Shown piece after piece: positions 9,989 through 19,010 of a stretch of DNA of 63,401 nucleotides; position 1 is the first letter of the stretch; every line of letters starts with the position of its first letter. Source of the stretch: a virus. Lineage: Duplodnaviria > Caudoviricetes. The stretch is from positions 1 through 63,401 of the IMG/VR virus record IMGVR_UViG_3300042541_000733, one strand, 5' to 3'. The translations under genes were made by a program, and so were the position numbers. Under the pieces are notes generated by a model that saw only the letters and a list, made by a program, of their open reading frames with translations, made no database searches and was not told the origin of the DNA.

Positions 9989-10378
9989 ATGACAGACGAT
10001 AGAGATTTTGACCAAATTATGGAAGATATTGTATCACAGCGTAATCAACCATATATTCAAACTGTAAGGCGTACCTGGGGAACGTGGCATGTTCTTGATG
10101 TTGATCAGGGATACAAGGTAAAGCGCCTACACATTCTTCCTGATCAGGCAATCTCACTTCAATACCACAATCATCGTTCGGAACATTGGACGATTGTACA
10201 GGGTGAAGGCAAGGTCATCGTTGATGGTAATATCTTTACTATTAGTAAGGGCGAATCATTTCATGTGCCTCGCATGGCTCTACACAAGATTACGAATACT
10301 CACCTTCATGAAACTTTGATTGCGATTGAAGTTCAGATGGGTGATATATGCAGTGAGGACGATATCGTTCGCTGCTAA
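9989..10378 (+). CDS. Mannose-6-phosphate isomerase type II-like cupin
   Basis: RTWG, SLQYHNHRSEHW, IEVQMG...EDDIVR. Confidence 0.85.
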   Translation: MTDDRDFDQIMEDIVSQRNQPYIQTVRRTWGTWHVLDVDQGYKVKRLHILPDQAISLQYHNHRSEHWTIVQGEGKVIVDGNIFTISKGESFHVPRMALHKITNTHLHETLIAIEVQMGDICSEDDIVRC

Positions 10379-10429
10379 ATACGGCGTCAAGGAGAATCTT
10401 GACGATAATCATAATATTGGAGAATCAAT

Positions 10430-11482
10430 ATGAGTAATATGTTTAACTCCCTACTAAAGGAGATTGATAATGAATACGCAGGAATCGCAGACGAAGGCGT
10501 GGAAGCTGGTGATGTTACTGGGTTCATTGGTACCGGCAGCTATAGTCTCAATGCTTTGCTTTCTGGTAGTATTTACGGCGGCCTTCCTGCTAACAAGGTT
10601 ACCGCGCTTGCAGGTGAACCTTCAACCGGAAAGACCTTTTATGCGATTAACATCGTCCGACAATTCCTCAGAGACAACGAAACAGGATTCGTCTTCTACT
10701 TCGAATCCGAATCCGCAATATCTAAGCAAATGCTGGCAGATAGAGAGATTGACACAAAGCGAGTTGCTGTTGTGCCGGTCGCAACTATCCAAGAGTTCCG
10801 CACTCAAGCCGTAAAGATCCTCGACAAGTATATTGAAAGTAAGAATGAAAAGGATCGTCCTCAGATGCTCTTTGTTCTTGACTCACTTGGCAATCTTTCT
10901 ACTACGAAAGAGATGGAAGATATTGCTGATGGTAAAGACACGCGCGATATGACACGCGCACAGCTTGTTCGTGGTGCTTTCCGTGTTCTCACTCTAAAGC
11001 TTGGCAAGGCCAAAGTTCCTCTCATCGTGACAAATCACGTTTATGATGTTGTTGGTGCTTATGTCCCAACTAAGAAGATGGGTGGTGGTTCTGGTCTTGA
11101 ATATGCTGCGTCTACTATTCTCTTCCTGTCCAAGAAGAAGGACAAAGACAAGTCCGATAACTCCATTACTGGTGCTATCATCACCGCAAATCTCAAGAAG
11201 GCGCGTTTGACAATCGAGAATAAGAAGGTCGAAACTCTCCTTGACTATGCAACTGGTCTTGATCCATACTATGGTCTTCTTGACCTCGCAGAGAAGTTTG
11301 GTATCTTCAAGAAGGTAACAACCCGTTACGAACTTCCTGATGGAACTAAAGCATTCGAATCAGCAATCGAAAAGAATCCTGAGAAGTATTTCACTAAGGA
11401 TATTCTCGACCAGATTGACGAAAAGTGTAAGGATGAGTTCCTCTATGGCAAGTCTAATGTTGCAGCAGTGGAGGAAGAATAA
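10430..11482 (+). CDS. uvsX: RecA-like recombinase UvsX
   Basis: GEPSTGKT Walker A, LDSLG, MGGGSG. Confidence 0.95.
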   Translation: MSNMFNSLLKEIDNEYAGIADEGVEAGDVTGFIGTGSYSLNALLSGSIYGGLPANKVTALAGEPSTGKTFYAINIVRQFLRDNETGFVFYFESESAISKQMLADREIDTKRVAVVPVATIQEFRTQAVKILDKYIESKNEKDRPQMLFVLDSLGNLSTTKEMEDIADGKDTRDMTRAQLVRGAFRVLTLKLGKAKVPLIVTNHVYDVVGAYVPTKKMGGGSGLEYAASTILFLSKKKDKDKSDNSITGAIITANLKKARLTIENKKVETLLDYATGLDPYYGLLDLAEKFGIFKKVTTRYELPDGTKAFESAIEKNPEKYFTKDILDQIDEKCKDEFLYGKSNVAAVEEE

Positions 11483-11673
11483 TGAGTTTCCTTGAAAAAG
11501 CTAATGACAAATACGGTGCTATCTTCATGGTTTGTGCCGCAGTAACTCTAATACTACTTCTATTTGTCGGTGTTGGCATTGCAATTCTGACGAATGGTAT
11601 ATTTCTTTTGTTGTTTCCATTAGGATTCATCTACATGCTGTATAAGACCTATCGTGAGGGAGATAATCAATGA
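11482..11673 (+). CDS. Small membrane protein
   Basis: Two hydrophobic stretches; coupled to neighbours. Confidence 0.65.
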   Translation: MSFLEKANDKYGAIFMVCAAVTLILLLFVGVGIAILTNGIFLLLFPLGFIYMLYKTYREGDNQ

Positions 11674-12026
11674 TTTTAGGTGTTGATTTTCGTTTCAGTG
11701 AAGTGTATAATACAGAGACTTCAGCAATTGAGTTGCTGACGGAAGCTTACAAGGGCATCATCTATCGTTATACAAACGTTGGTGTTCGTGAGAATGAGGA
11801 TGACACAGCCACATTGCGATTTGCATATGAGATATTGTCACCTGGCAAATTTAAGGAAGACAAGCTTCGTGAAGATGAGTATTTTCAGCAGCACCTTGGA
11901 TTAGTTCTCAATACCTTAATCATTGATATAGCGGAGATTGATAGTGCAAATAGAGAAGGTAATTCTGAAGAATCTGTTGAAGAACGAATCGTATATGAGG
12001 AGAGTTCTTCCGTTTCTGAAGACTGA
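11670..12026 (+). CDS. gp40-like protein (head vertex assembly chaperone position)
   Basis: Syntenic between uvsX and gene 41 as in T4; similar size. Confidence 0.5.
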   Translation: MILGVDFRFSEVYNTETSAIELLTEAYKGIIYRYTNVGVRENEDDTATLRFAYEILSPGKFKEDKLREDEYFQQHLGLVLNTLIIDIAEIDSANREGNSEESVEERIVYEESSSVSED

Positions 12027-13335
12027 GTATTTCAGTGATGAAGTGGAAAGAATGATCTTTAACGAGATTCATGATTTCACTTTGAAGTACAACAATCTTC
12101 CTACTGCTGACGCACTTTTGATTGAGGTAGATTCTCTACGAAATCTAACTGCTGATCAAGCCAAAGCTGCCAGTGAAGTGATCAAAGAAATCCAAAAGGA
12201 TGCTGTTGACACTAATGGTGACTGGCTTCTTGATTCGACTGAAAAGTTTTGTCAAGAGAAAGCAATCTATAATGCGATTATGCAATCTATCGAAATTATG
12301 AACAACAAGAATGGCGCTCTCACGAAGGGCGCCATTCCCGATCTTTTGACACAAGCTCTTGCTGTGACATTCGATCCTAACGTTGGACATGATTATTTCG
12401 AAGAGTTTGAAGAACGATATGAGTACTATCATCGTGTCGAACATAAGCTTCCTTTCGATCTAGAATTCTTTAACAAGATTACCAAGAATGGTTTTAGCAA
12501 GAAGACATTGAATATCTTTCTTGCAGGTACTGGTGTTGGTAAGTCTCTGACTATGTGTCATATGGCTGCTGCTAATATCTCACAAGGTAGAAACGTTTTA
12601 TACATTACTATGGAACTTGCAGAAGAAGAAGTTGCAAAGCGCATCGATGCCAATCTAATGAACATTGCAATTGATGATCTTTTAGTTCTTCCTGAAGACA
12701 TGTATCTTAAGAAAGCTGCTGCACTTAAGAACAAGTCCAACGGTAAGCTTATTGTAAAAGAATATCCAACTGCCTCTGCATCCACTCTTCATTTCAAATC
12801 ATTGCTGAATGAGTTGAGTTTGAAGAAGTCTTTTGTTCCTGAAATCATCTACATTGATTATCTTAACATCTGTGCATCTGCTCGTATCAAGCCTGGTGGT
12901 AACGTGAACAGTTATACCTACATCAAGAGTATCGCAGAAGAACTGCGTGGACTTGCTGTTGAGTTTGAAGTTCCCGTTGTGTCTGCCACTCAGACAAATC
13001 GTCAGGGCTTTGATAACTCAGACGTTGATCTAACAAACACATCTGAATCGTTCGGTCTACCTGCAACCGCTGACTTTATGGCTGCTCTTATTTCTACAGA
13101 ACAGCTAGAACAGTTAGGACAGATTATGGTAAAGCAGTTGAAGAATCGTTATGCTGATCCTTCATCGAACAAGCGGTTTGTGATTGGTATTGAAAAGGCA
13201 AAGATGAAGCTATTTGATGTGGAACAATCTGCACAAATGGATATCGTTGACAGTGGACAGACCTCTAGTATCTCTAAAATTCCTCAAAAACAATTTGGTA
13301 ATACAAAGGATAAGTTTAGAGGATTAAAAGTATGA
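11944..13335 (+). CDS. 41: Replicative helicase (T4 gp41-like)
   Basis: AGTGVGKS, IDYLNI, SATQTNR, SESFGLPATAD; GTG start after GGAG. Confidence 0.97.
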   Translation: MQIEKVILKNLLKNESYMRRVLPFLKTEYFSDEVERMIFNEIHDFTLKYNNLPTADALLIEVDSLRNLTADQAKAASEVIKEIQKDAVDTNGDWLLDSTEKFCQEKAIYNAIMQSIEIMNNKNGALTKGAIPDLLTQALAVTFDPNVGHDYFEEFEERYEYYHRVEHKLPFDLEFFNKITKNGFSKKTLNIFLAGTGVGKSLTMCHMAAANISQGRNVLYITMELAEEEVAKRIDANLMNIAIDDLLVLPEDMYLKKAAALKNKSNGKLIVKEYPTASASTLHFKSLLNELSLKKSFVPEIIYIDYLNICASARIKPGGNVNSYTYIKSIAEELRGLAVEFEVPVVSATQTNRQGFDNSDVDLTNTSESFGLPATADFMAALISTEQLEQLGQIMVKQLKNRYADPSSNKRFVIGIEKAKMKLFDVEQSAQMDIVDSGQTSSISKIPQKQFGNTKDKFRGLKV

Positions 13336-13355
13336 TAGCAAGGAGAAGAAGTGAA

Positions 13356-13592
13356 ATGAAGTACAATGTTATTGCGTTACGGACTGAGGACAACGATTAT
13401 ATCTGGTGTGTTATGGAACAAGATACCGAACAACTCATTAGAGCATTTGAGTTTGAGGACGATGCCGACAGCTATTGTGAATTTCTAAGCGCGGGTGGGG
13501 CATTTGATGGGTTCACTCCCAGCTTCATTTTGCAGGAAGTTGCAAATTACAGAGATATCAACCGTGAGTTTAGTGCTATTCTCCACGAATGA
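13356..13592 (+). CDS. Hypothetical protein
   Basis: GGAFDGFTPSF motif. Confidence 0.7.
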   Translation: MKYNVIALRTEDNDYIWCVMEQDTEQLIRAFEFEDDADSYCEFLSAGGAFDGFTPSFILQEVANYRDINREFSAILHE

Positions 13593-13624
13593 CGGTCGGA
13601 AAGACCATGAAATAATCCACAAAT

Positions 13625-13785
13625 AACGTGGAGGAACGGGCTGGAGACGGGTCTAGGAGCGGGTTGGAGCAATCATACCCCGTGCCAGAACCCCGCTCCA
13701 GCCTGCTCCTATTGCGTCTGGACAAGTTCTAATAAAATCAAGCACTTAGCTCATTATCAAAACCCAATAAAATCAAGCACTTAGC
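13625..13785. repeat. Intergenic element: GC-rich hairpin plus two 20-bp direct repeats, duplicated at 58140-58236
   Basis: AATAAAATCAAGCACTTAGC at 13731 and 13766; TAGGAGCGGGTTGGAGC pairs with GCTCCAGCCTGCTCCTA. Confidence 0.85.
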
Positions 13786-13824
13786 ACTGCGACAGGTTGT
13801 CGCACTTTTTTGTTGGTCGCGACC

Positions 13825-13860
13825 CTTGAAATTCGACCTTGTCATACTTATCTATAGTAT
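13825..13860 (+). promoter_or_regulatory. Phage promoter family, copy A
   Basis: CTTGAA-N-TTATCTATAGTAT, recurring 7 times in the window. Confidence 0.8.
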
Positions 13861-13878
13861 ATGAGAAGGAAAACTACT

Positions 13879-14085
13879 ATGGCCAGACTTCATTTCGTGG
13901 AACGTCAAGCTTTCCGTAATGCCGTAGAGACCCTTTGGGACACGCGGAAGTTGTTTTGGGATGACCTGCGTTATGACCATCGCGCCCGCAACCAGATGAT
14001 TGCCAATGAGATCCGCAAGTTAGGATATGACGAAGTGACTTGGGTTCGGATCGGGAACCAAATTCAAGCTCAGGTTTACCAGTAA
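13879..14085 (+). CDS. Hypothetical early protein
   Basis: AAGGA RBS; alternative in-frame ATG at 13861. Confidence 0.7.
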   Translation: MARLHFVERQAFRNAVETLWDTRKLFWDDLRYDHRARNQMIANEIRKLGYDEVTWVRIGNQIQAQVYQ

Positions 14086-14088
14086 GTC

Positions 14089-14160
14089 ATGCATTCCGCG
14101 CATATCAGTGTTGCGTTTATCGCTCTTGAAAAACCGACTTGCCGATCTTATCTATAGTAT
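14089..14160 (+). promoter_or_regulatory. Phage promoter family, copy B, with ATGC-N7-GCAT box
   Basis: ATGCattccgcGCAT 14089-14103; CTTGAAAAACCGACTTGCCGATCTTATCTATAGTAT 14125-14160. Confidence 0.85.
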
Positions 14161-14178
14161 ATGATGACGGAGAACACT

Positions 14179-14604
14179 ATGACCCTCGCTGAACACCTCG
14201 CTGCCCTCAATGCTGAGAAGCGGTCTTGGGTGGCTGAAGATCCCGATAACCGCTGGACTGGTCTTTATGTCGAGGAACTCGATTTCTGGGCTGAGATGGG
14301 CGTCACGACCGTGGCTCAGTTCAAGCGATACGAAAACGAAAGTTTCTTCTGGGAGATGTACAAGGATGTTACGGGTTGTCGCCCGCGCCACATCAACCTC
14401 AAGGACATGTCCGACGAGGAACTGGAACACGAGATTAGCCTTCTCAGCCGCATGATGGAAGACGAGATCAAGCGCGAGGAAGAGTGGCGCGCTCAGGAGA
14501 TGATCTACATTCAGGAAGACGCTGAGGAAGAGAACATCAAGCGCGATGAAGCTCCGCTTCCGATTGACTATGTGGCTCACAACTATCAGGATGGATGGCT
14601 CTAA
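14179..14604 (+). CDS. Hypothetical early protein
   Basis: GGAG RBS; YKDVTGCRPR; alternative in-frame ATG at 14161. Confidence 0.75.
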   Translation: MTLAEHLAALNAEKRSWVAEDPDNRWTGLYVEELDFWAEMGVTTVAQFKRYENESFFWEMYKDVTGCRPRHINLKDMSDEELEHEISLLSRMMEDEIKREEEWRAQEMIYIQEDAEEENIKRDEAPLPIDYVAHNYQDGWL

Positions 14605-14838
14605 TGGCCCTTGAAATTTTTGTCCGCGTTTCGCTCTTCATTGCAGTGATTGCATATCTTGTCTGGTTCTGGTCAACGATTTATTCGTGGGTGCTCTAAT
14701 GCTTAGATTTCTACTCGGTATGGTTCTGGGCGCTTCGGCCACGACTGGTCTTGGCTTACAGATTGTGATGGGCACCATCGGCTTCGGCTTCATGGCTTGG
14801 GGCTTCTATTCAATGCTTATGCATGGGGAATTAGAATA

Positions 14839-15057
14839 ATGTTTATTCTGGCATACGAATCGACCTATGAAAACCAAATAATCTTGGGTGTATATTCGTC
14901 CCTTGATACCGCTATGATTGCGGTACAGCGATATACTCGGGATTGCTCGGACTCAATTTTCTACCGTGATCTCGTTATCCGTCAGTTTACCGTTGATGCG
15001 GAACCTGAAATGGATACTGGAATTGTAGTGTGGAGCAACTGGCGTGAGGAAGAATAA
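14839..15057 (+). CDS. Hypothetical protein
   Basis: ILGVYSS motif common in small phage proteins. Confidence 0.6.
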   Translation: MFILAYESTYENQIILGVYSSLDTAMIAVQRYTRDCSDSIFYRDLVIRQFTVDAEPEMDTGIVVWSNWREEE

Positions 15058-15314
15058 TGTTTAGCACCGATAGAAATGCCTATATGAATGGCTTTCACAT
15101 GACCTTCGCAAACGGTTGGACTGTCTCGGTTCAATTCGGCAAGGGCAACTATATCTCGGATCGTGATCATCACGGCCAGAGTGTTGATGCTGAGATTGCC
15201 GCTTGGGACAAGGATGACAACTGGTATTACTTTGACACCGAAAATGGTAAGGTCAAGGGTTGGGTTAAGGCTGATGAGGTCGCGGACTTCATGGCGATGA
15301 TAAAGGCAAAGTAA
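15057..15314 (+). CDS. Hypothetical protein
   Basis: FANGWTVSVQFG; coupled start. Confidence 0.7.
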   Translation: MFSTDRNAYMNGFHMTFANGWTVSVQFGKGNYISDRDHHGQSVDAEIAAWDKDDNWYYFDTENGKVKGWVKADEVADFMAMIKAK

Positions 15315-15503
15315 ATGAAAGTTTATGCTGCGGTTGGTCTAACGGCTCGATTTGATTGGGCTTCTAGATCCGATATCAAAATTCTCGGCTACTACAAAAC
15401 GAGAGAAGGCGCCGAGAGAAAAATTACAAAGATGAAAGAAAGTAATTCATGGTACATGGACTGGGAAGAGTTCGGTATTGATGCAATTACAATTGAGGAC
15501 TAA
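15315..15503 (+). CDS. Hypothetical protein
   Basis: ORF abutting its neighbours. Confidence 0.6.
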   Translation: MKVYAAVGLTARFDWASRSDIKILGYYKTREGAERKITKMKESNSWYMDWEEFGIDAITIED

Positions 15504-15508
15504 AACTA

Positions 15509-16015
15509 ATGGACATTAAGATCATCGGCAAGGCTAAGCACATGTGTAAGGCGGAAATCAAATTCGCTACCGCATTCTTTGCCAACTATGTGATGGGTGA
15601 GCGTTTAGCCAAGAACCTTGATTTCGAAATCCGTATCGAGGATCAGGGAAAAAATGAGGGTTGTTGCAATCCTCTTGATGCTGAACGGCGTCCTCGTTCC
15701 TTTGAGATTGGTATTCGTCCAGGAATGCAGAGGTATAAGATGCTCCAATGCCTCGCGCATGAGATGGTGCATGTGAAGCAGTATGCCCGTGGTGAGTTGT
15801 CTTCCGAGTTGATCACCGCAAAGTGGCAGGGAAAGACCTTCAAGTTGACTAACTCAATGGAAGATTACCTTAACTGGCCTTGGGAAGTGGAAGCTTACGG
15901 CCGTGATCGTTCGCTCTACCTGTTCTATCAGGTATTGTTGAAGACCGAAAAGGTCAAGTTTAAGAACGGAAAACTTTACATCGGTGGAAAACTGATGCGT
16001 TTCAACAAGACTTGA
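15509..16015 (+). CDS. Putative zinc metallopeptidase
   Basis: LAHEMVHVKQY and PWEVEAY. Confidence 0.75.
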   Translation: MDIKIIGKAKHMCKAEIKFATAFFANYVMGERLAKNLDFEIRIEDQGKNEGCCNPLDAERRPRSFEIGIRPGMQRYKMLQCLAHEMVHVKQYARGELSSELITAKWQGKTFKLTNSMEDYLNWPWEVEAYGRDRSLYLFYQVLLKTEKVKFKNGKLYIGGKLMRFNKT

Positions 16016-16046
16016 CAAACCTATTGGATAGTGTTAATATATAAAC

Positions 16047-16274
16047 ATGATGACAAAGCAACGGAATATTCAAGTCGGTGATCTGGTTCATGTTCGTACG
16101 GAATACAAGTACGGTGCACGACACAGTGTCTCCATCAAATCTGGAAAGATAATCAAAAGTGAGCGACATGACCATAAAGATACTTTTCGTTTATACACTG
16201 GCAATCCTCAGTATCCCGTTTCTGTTATCGCATATGAACGGGTCACCGGTCTTAAGCTTCGCGAGGTCGCGTAA
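16047..16274 (+). CDS. Hypothetical protein
   Basis: Preceded by TTGACA(16012)-17-TAATAT. Confidence 0.65.
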   Translation: MMTKQRNIQVGDLVHVRTEYKYGARHSVSIKSGKIIKSERHDHKDTFRLYTGNPQYPVSVIAYERVTGLKLREVA

Positions 16275-16477
16275 TGGTTAAGGCTCGTATGTCTAAGCCC
16301 CAAAAGAGTGTTAGGCGCCGTATTAAATCGATTCAAAATCAAATGTCTATTTGTAATAGACAAAGAAAGTCTGGCGTCACTGAGGATTATGAAGCCTATT
16401 TACTAGGCAAATTAGATGTTCTACTAGAAATGGAAGATTTTTTATATTGGCTAGAAGATGAGGTCGCTAATGGTTAG
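16274..16477 (+). CDS. Hypothetical protein
   Basis: GAGG RBS, coupled. Confidence 0.6.
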   Translation: MVKARMSKPQKSVRRRIKSIQNQMSICNRQRKSGVTEDYEAYLLGKLDVLLEMEDFLYWLEDEVANG

Positions 16478-16658
16478 GTCTTATGATGTAGACTTTTATA
16501 TTCTTGACAATCAGATCGGATTCATGCTATACTGCTTTGAAGAAGATGATTGTGTATGGGAACAGTTCTACCGTAACTCGGATGATGCTCACTTTGTGGG
16601 TCATAAGTTTCTTGACGGATGTTATGTTGAGGGTTATATCCTTGAGGATGTAGCATAA
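16470..16658 (+). CDS. Hypothetical protein
   Basis: GAGG RBS. Confidence 0.6.
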   Translation: MVRSYDVDFYILDNQIGFMLYCFEEDDCVWEQFYRNSDDAHFVGHKFLDGCYVEGYILEDVA

Positions 16659-16670
16659 ATAAAGATTCAT

Positions 16671-16747
16671 GGCTCCGTAGCTCATCTGGACAGAGCAACA
16701 GACTTCTAATCTGTGGGTAGCACGTTCGAGTCGTGCCGGAGTCGCCA
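16671..16747 (+). tRNA. tRNA-Arg(TCT)
   Basis: Cloverleaf with CCA. Confidence 0.92.
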
Positions 16748-16823
16748 GCCCCCTTATCCCAGCGGTAGAGGAAGAGGACTTAAAATCCTTATAGGGTCAG
16801 TTCGAATCTGACAGGGGGCACCA
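16748..16823 (+). tRNA. tRNA-Leu(TAA) with short variable loop
   Basis: GCCCCCT/AGGGGGC acceptor, loop CTTAAAA, CCA; abuts the preceding tRNA with no spacer. Confidence 0.85.
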
Positions 16824-16828
16824 ATCAA

Positions 16829-16904
16829 GCGCCTATAGCTCAATGGTTAGAGCTGACGGCTCATAACCGTCTGGTTCCGGGTTCGAATCCTGGTGGGCGC
16901 ACCA
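16829..16904 (+). tRNA. tRNA-CAT, probably Ile2 (lysidine type)
   Basis: Loop CTCATAA; Ile2-like D arm. Confidence 0.85.
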
Positions 16905-16921
16905 AACAATGAGGAAAAGTA

Positions 16922-17137
16922 ATGAGAGTCCAAATGTCTGTTTTTCGTTCCGATGATATGGATCTTAAGGCTATTGTATATTACAATCCTCATAATGATC
17001 AGTATGAAATCGATTATTGTAAAAATGGATTCTTAGTAACGACCGAATCATATCAAGATCGAGGTCTCATTTACCACGAAGATGCCGCTGAGAATTATGT
17101 ATATGGAATCACAACTCTTGAAGGTAAAATGTCCTAA
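16922..17137 (+). CDS. Hypothetical protein
   Basis: GAGG RBS; EDAAENYV. Confidence 0.65.
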   Translation: MRVQMSVFRSDDMDLKAIVYYNPHNDQYEIDYCKNGFLVTTESYQDRGLIYHEDAAENYVYGITTLEGKMS

Positions 17138-17230
17138 ATGTAAGAAGACTTTCAAAGGAGATGATTATATCGATGCTCTTTTGAATTGTCCATATTGGAC
17201 ATGCGGCTTGAAACAATCTACAGCGAATAA

Positions 17231-17322
17231 CGGAGTGGGTGTTGGTACACGGGAGGGCCTTATAATCCCTTTAGCACTAGATTAGTGTTCTTGACTTGGT
17301 TCGAATCCAAGCACTCCGACCA
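17231..17322 (+). tRNA. Atypical tRNA-Ile(TAT) with long variable arm
   Basis: CGGAGTG/CACTCCG acceptor, loop CTTATAA, CTTGG-TTCGAAT-CCAAG T arm, CCA. Confidence 0.7.
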
Positions 17323-17332
17323 AATTAGAAAG

Positions 17333-17539
17333 ATGATGATGATTACGAAGATGGAAATGAATATCGGTGAGATTTTGGATCTTGCTGCTTGGCTTGAAAA
17401 GCACGGCCTTAAGCGGACACACCGAGTTGTAATCGAACAGGAATGTGGCAACGGTATTGGTACCGCAACACAGGCCAGAGTTAAGACTACTGAATCGGAA
17501 GGCATCTTTATTGATATCACCGATTATGATGTATGGTAA
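17333..17539 (+). CDS. Hypothetical protein
   Basis: GIG and DITDYDVW motif. Confidence 0.6.
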   Translation: MMMITKMEMNIGEILDLAAWLEKHGLKRTHRVVIEQECGNGIGTATQARVKTTESEGIFIDITDYDVW

Positions 17540-17544
17540 TATAT

Positions 17545-17626
17545 GCGAGTGTGGTGAAACGGTAGACACAGTGGTCTCAAAATCCACCGCGTAAGCATGG
17601 GGGTTCAAGTCCCTCCACTCGCACCA
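17545..17626 (+). tRNA. tRNA-Leu(CAA)
   Basis: Type II cloverleaf with CCA. Confidence 0.92.
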
Positions 17627-17641
17627 AACAAAGAAAGCAAA

Positions 17642-18265
17642 ATGAGTAGCATTTTTTACGGAGAACCCAAACAAAAGTTTGTAGGAAACTATAGAGAATG
17701 GAATGGCACTTCTCTTGATGAGAGTAAGTATTATACAGATTTAATCTATCCTCATATTGATCATGCATTAGATCATGTGACACTAGATGGACTCTATATG
17801 GAATTTGGAGTGTACACTGGACGCTCATTGAGACACACCGCAAAGAGATTGCCTAATAAGACTATTTACGGTTTTGATGTGTTCACTACAGGTTTGCCAG
17901 AATCTTGGCATTGTGTGCCACAAGGTATGTTCTCTATACCTGTTCCTGTCTTTGAGGAAAAAAATATTGAGTTGGTCGTTGGTTTATATGATGAAACATG
18001 TCCAACATTTCCTAAATCGAATGTGGCATATATGCATATTGATTGTGATTTGTATAGTTCGACTAAAACAGTGTTTGACAACTTTGCCGACTATATTGTT
18101 CCTGGAACTGTAATTGTGTTTGATGAATATTACAATTACGGAACTTATCAGGACCATGAATACAAGGCATTTAAAGAACTTTTAGAATTTCGAAAGTTGA
18201 GTTGTATTCCTTTAGGTGTTGTCGAAACGGAAGCAGCATGTCCCGCTTCTTTTCTCATAACTTAA
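17642..18265 (+). CDS. TylF/MycF-like class I SAM-dependent methyltransferase
   Basis: EFGVYTG, YGFD, HIDCDLYSST, IVFDEY. Confidence 0.85.
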   Translation: MSSIFYGEPKQKFVGNYREWNGTSLDESKYYTDLIYPHIDHALDHVTLDGLYMEFGVYTGRSLRHTAKRLPNKTIYGFDVFTTGLPESWHCVPQGMFSIPVPVFEEKNIELVVGLYDETCPTFPKSNVAYMHIDCDLYSSTKTVFDNFADYIVPGTVIVFDEYYNYGTYQDHEYKAFKELLEFRKLSCIPLGVVETEAACPASFLIT

Positions 18266-18272
18266 AAAAAGG

Positions 18273-18312
18273 TTGACAAAACTTCAATGTCCGTCTAAAA
18301 TGTATATAAATA
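18273..18312 (+). promoter_or_regulatory. Sigma70-type plus T4-late-type promoter
   Basis: TTGACA-17-TAAAAT; TATAAATA 18305-18312. Confidence 0.75.
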
Positions 18313-18334
18313 GAAATAACACTACAGGAAACAA

Positions 18335-18418
18335 ATGAAACACCGTTATTGCCCCATTGCGAATAATCAACCAAAAGGTCGTCCATCATGGGCAGACAAC
18401 GGGGGTTCTATGATTTGA
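18335..18418 (+). CDS. Putative 27-aa leader peptide
   Basis: AGGA RBS; MKHRYCPIANNQPKGRPSWADNGGSMI; overlaps alternative hairpins. Confidence 0.45.
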   Translation: MKHRYCPIANNQPKGRPSWADNGGSMI

Positions 18419-18446
18419 GTCTTGTTACAGACTTAGATTCTTAAAG

Positions 18447-18478
18447 AACCCCGATGAGGAAACTCTCGGGGTTTTGTT
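18447..18478 (+). terminator. Intrinsic terminator (possible attenuator)
   Basis: AACCCCGA..GAG-GAAA-CTC..TCGGGGTT then TTGTT. Confidence 0.75.
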
Positions 18479-18550
18479 ATGCGCCAAATGCATAGCAGCT
18501 ATGCAAAATAAAACATTGAAAAACAGACTTGCAGGCATTATCTATAGTAT
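18479..18550 (+). promoter_or_regulatory. Phage promoter family, copy C, with ATGC-N7-GCAT-N7-ATGC
   Basis: Direct match to the family. Confidence 0.8.
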
Positions 18551-18576
18551 GTGAGAGATTGAGAGAAGGAGGGGCG

Positions 18577-18771
18577 ATGCTTCACTTCGTAGGGTTTAAG
18601 GGCGACGAATACCTTCGGGCTTGTCGCATTTTCGGACTACCAGATTTCATCCATCCGGGATGGGATCTTCGTGCTCGACGGGAGATAACTCCCGATGATA
18701 CCGTTGTCTTTGCTACTGGCTCTTTTAATCAGGAGCCGCGTAGTCGGTCTTTTAGTGACCTCAAGGAATAA
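18577..18771 (+). CDS. Hypothetical protein
   Basis: AAGGAGG RBS; HFVGFKGDEY...PDFIH. Confidence 0.75.
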   Translation: MLHFVGFKGDEYLRACRIFGLPDFIHPGWDLRARREITPDDTVVFATGSFNQEPRSRSFSDLKE

Positions 18772-18821
18772 CGGTCTGCTGATTTACATTGTTAAGTTCC
18801 TAGAGATAACGAAAGTTATCT

Positions 18822-18916
18822 CTTCCGAGACACACCAGACAGGACGACAGGTTGGTTCGAAACGTCTGCGTCCGATATTAGCTTATCGAACTAAACTAGC
18901 TGGTGTGTCGCGGAAG
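18822..18916 (+). ncRNA. Candidate structured RNA
   Basis: 17-bp terminal stem with one mismatch enclosing two hairpins. Confidence 0.55.
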
Positions 18917-18929
18917 TGATAAGTTTTAT

Positions 18930-19006
18930 TCCCTTGGAGCCGGGTTGGTACCGGCACCTGACTGTTAATCAGGCCGTTATAGGTTCGAATCCTATTAAGG
19001 GAGCCA
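18930..19006 (+). tRNA. tRNA-Asn(GTT)
   Basis: Cloverleaf with CCA. Confidence 0.9.
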
Positions 19007-19010
19007 ATAT

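Noticed and set aside
13731-13785. Mini CRISPR array from the 20-bp direct repeats
   Set aside because: Only two repeats, a 15-bp spacer that is similar at the second locus, and no cas genes
17231-17322. Ochre suppressor tRNA (TTA) and genetic recoding
   Set aside because: The U33 register gives TAT, and conserved genes end normally at TAA, TAG and TGA
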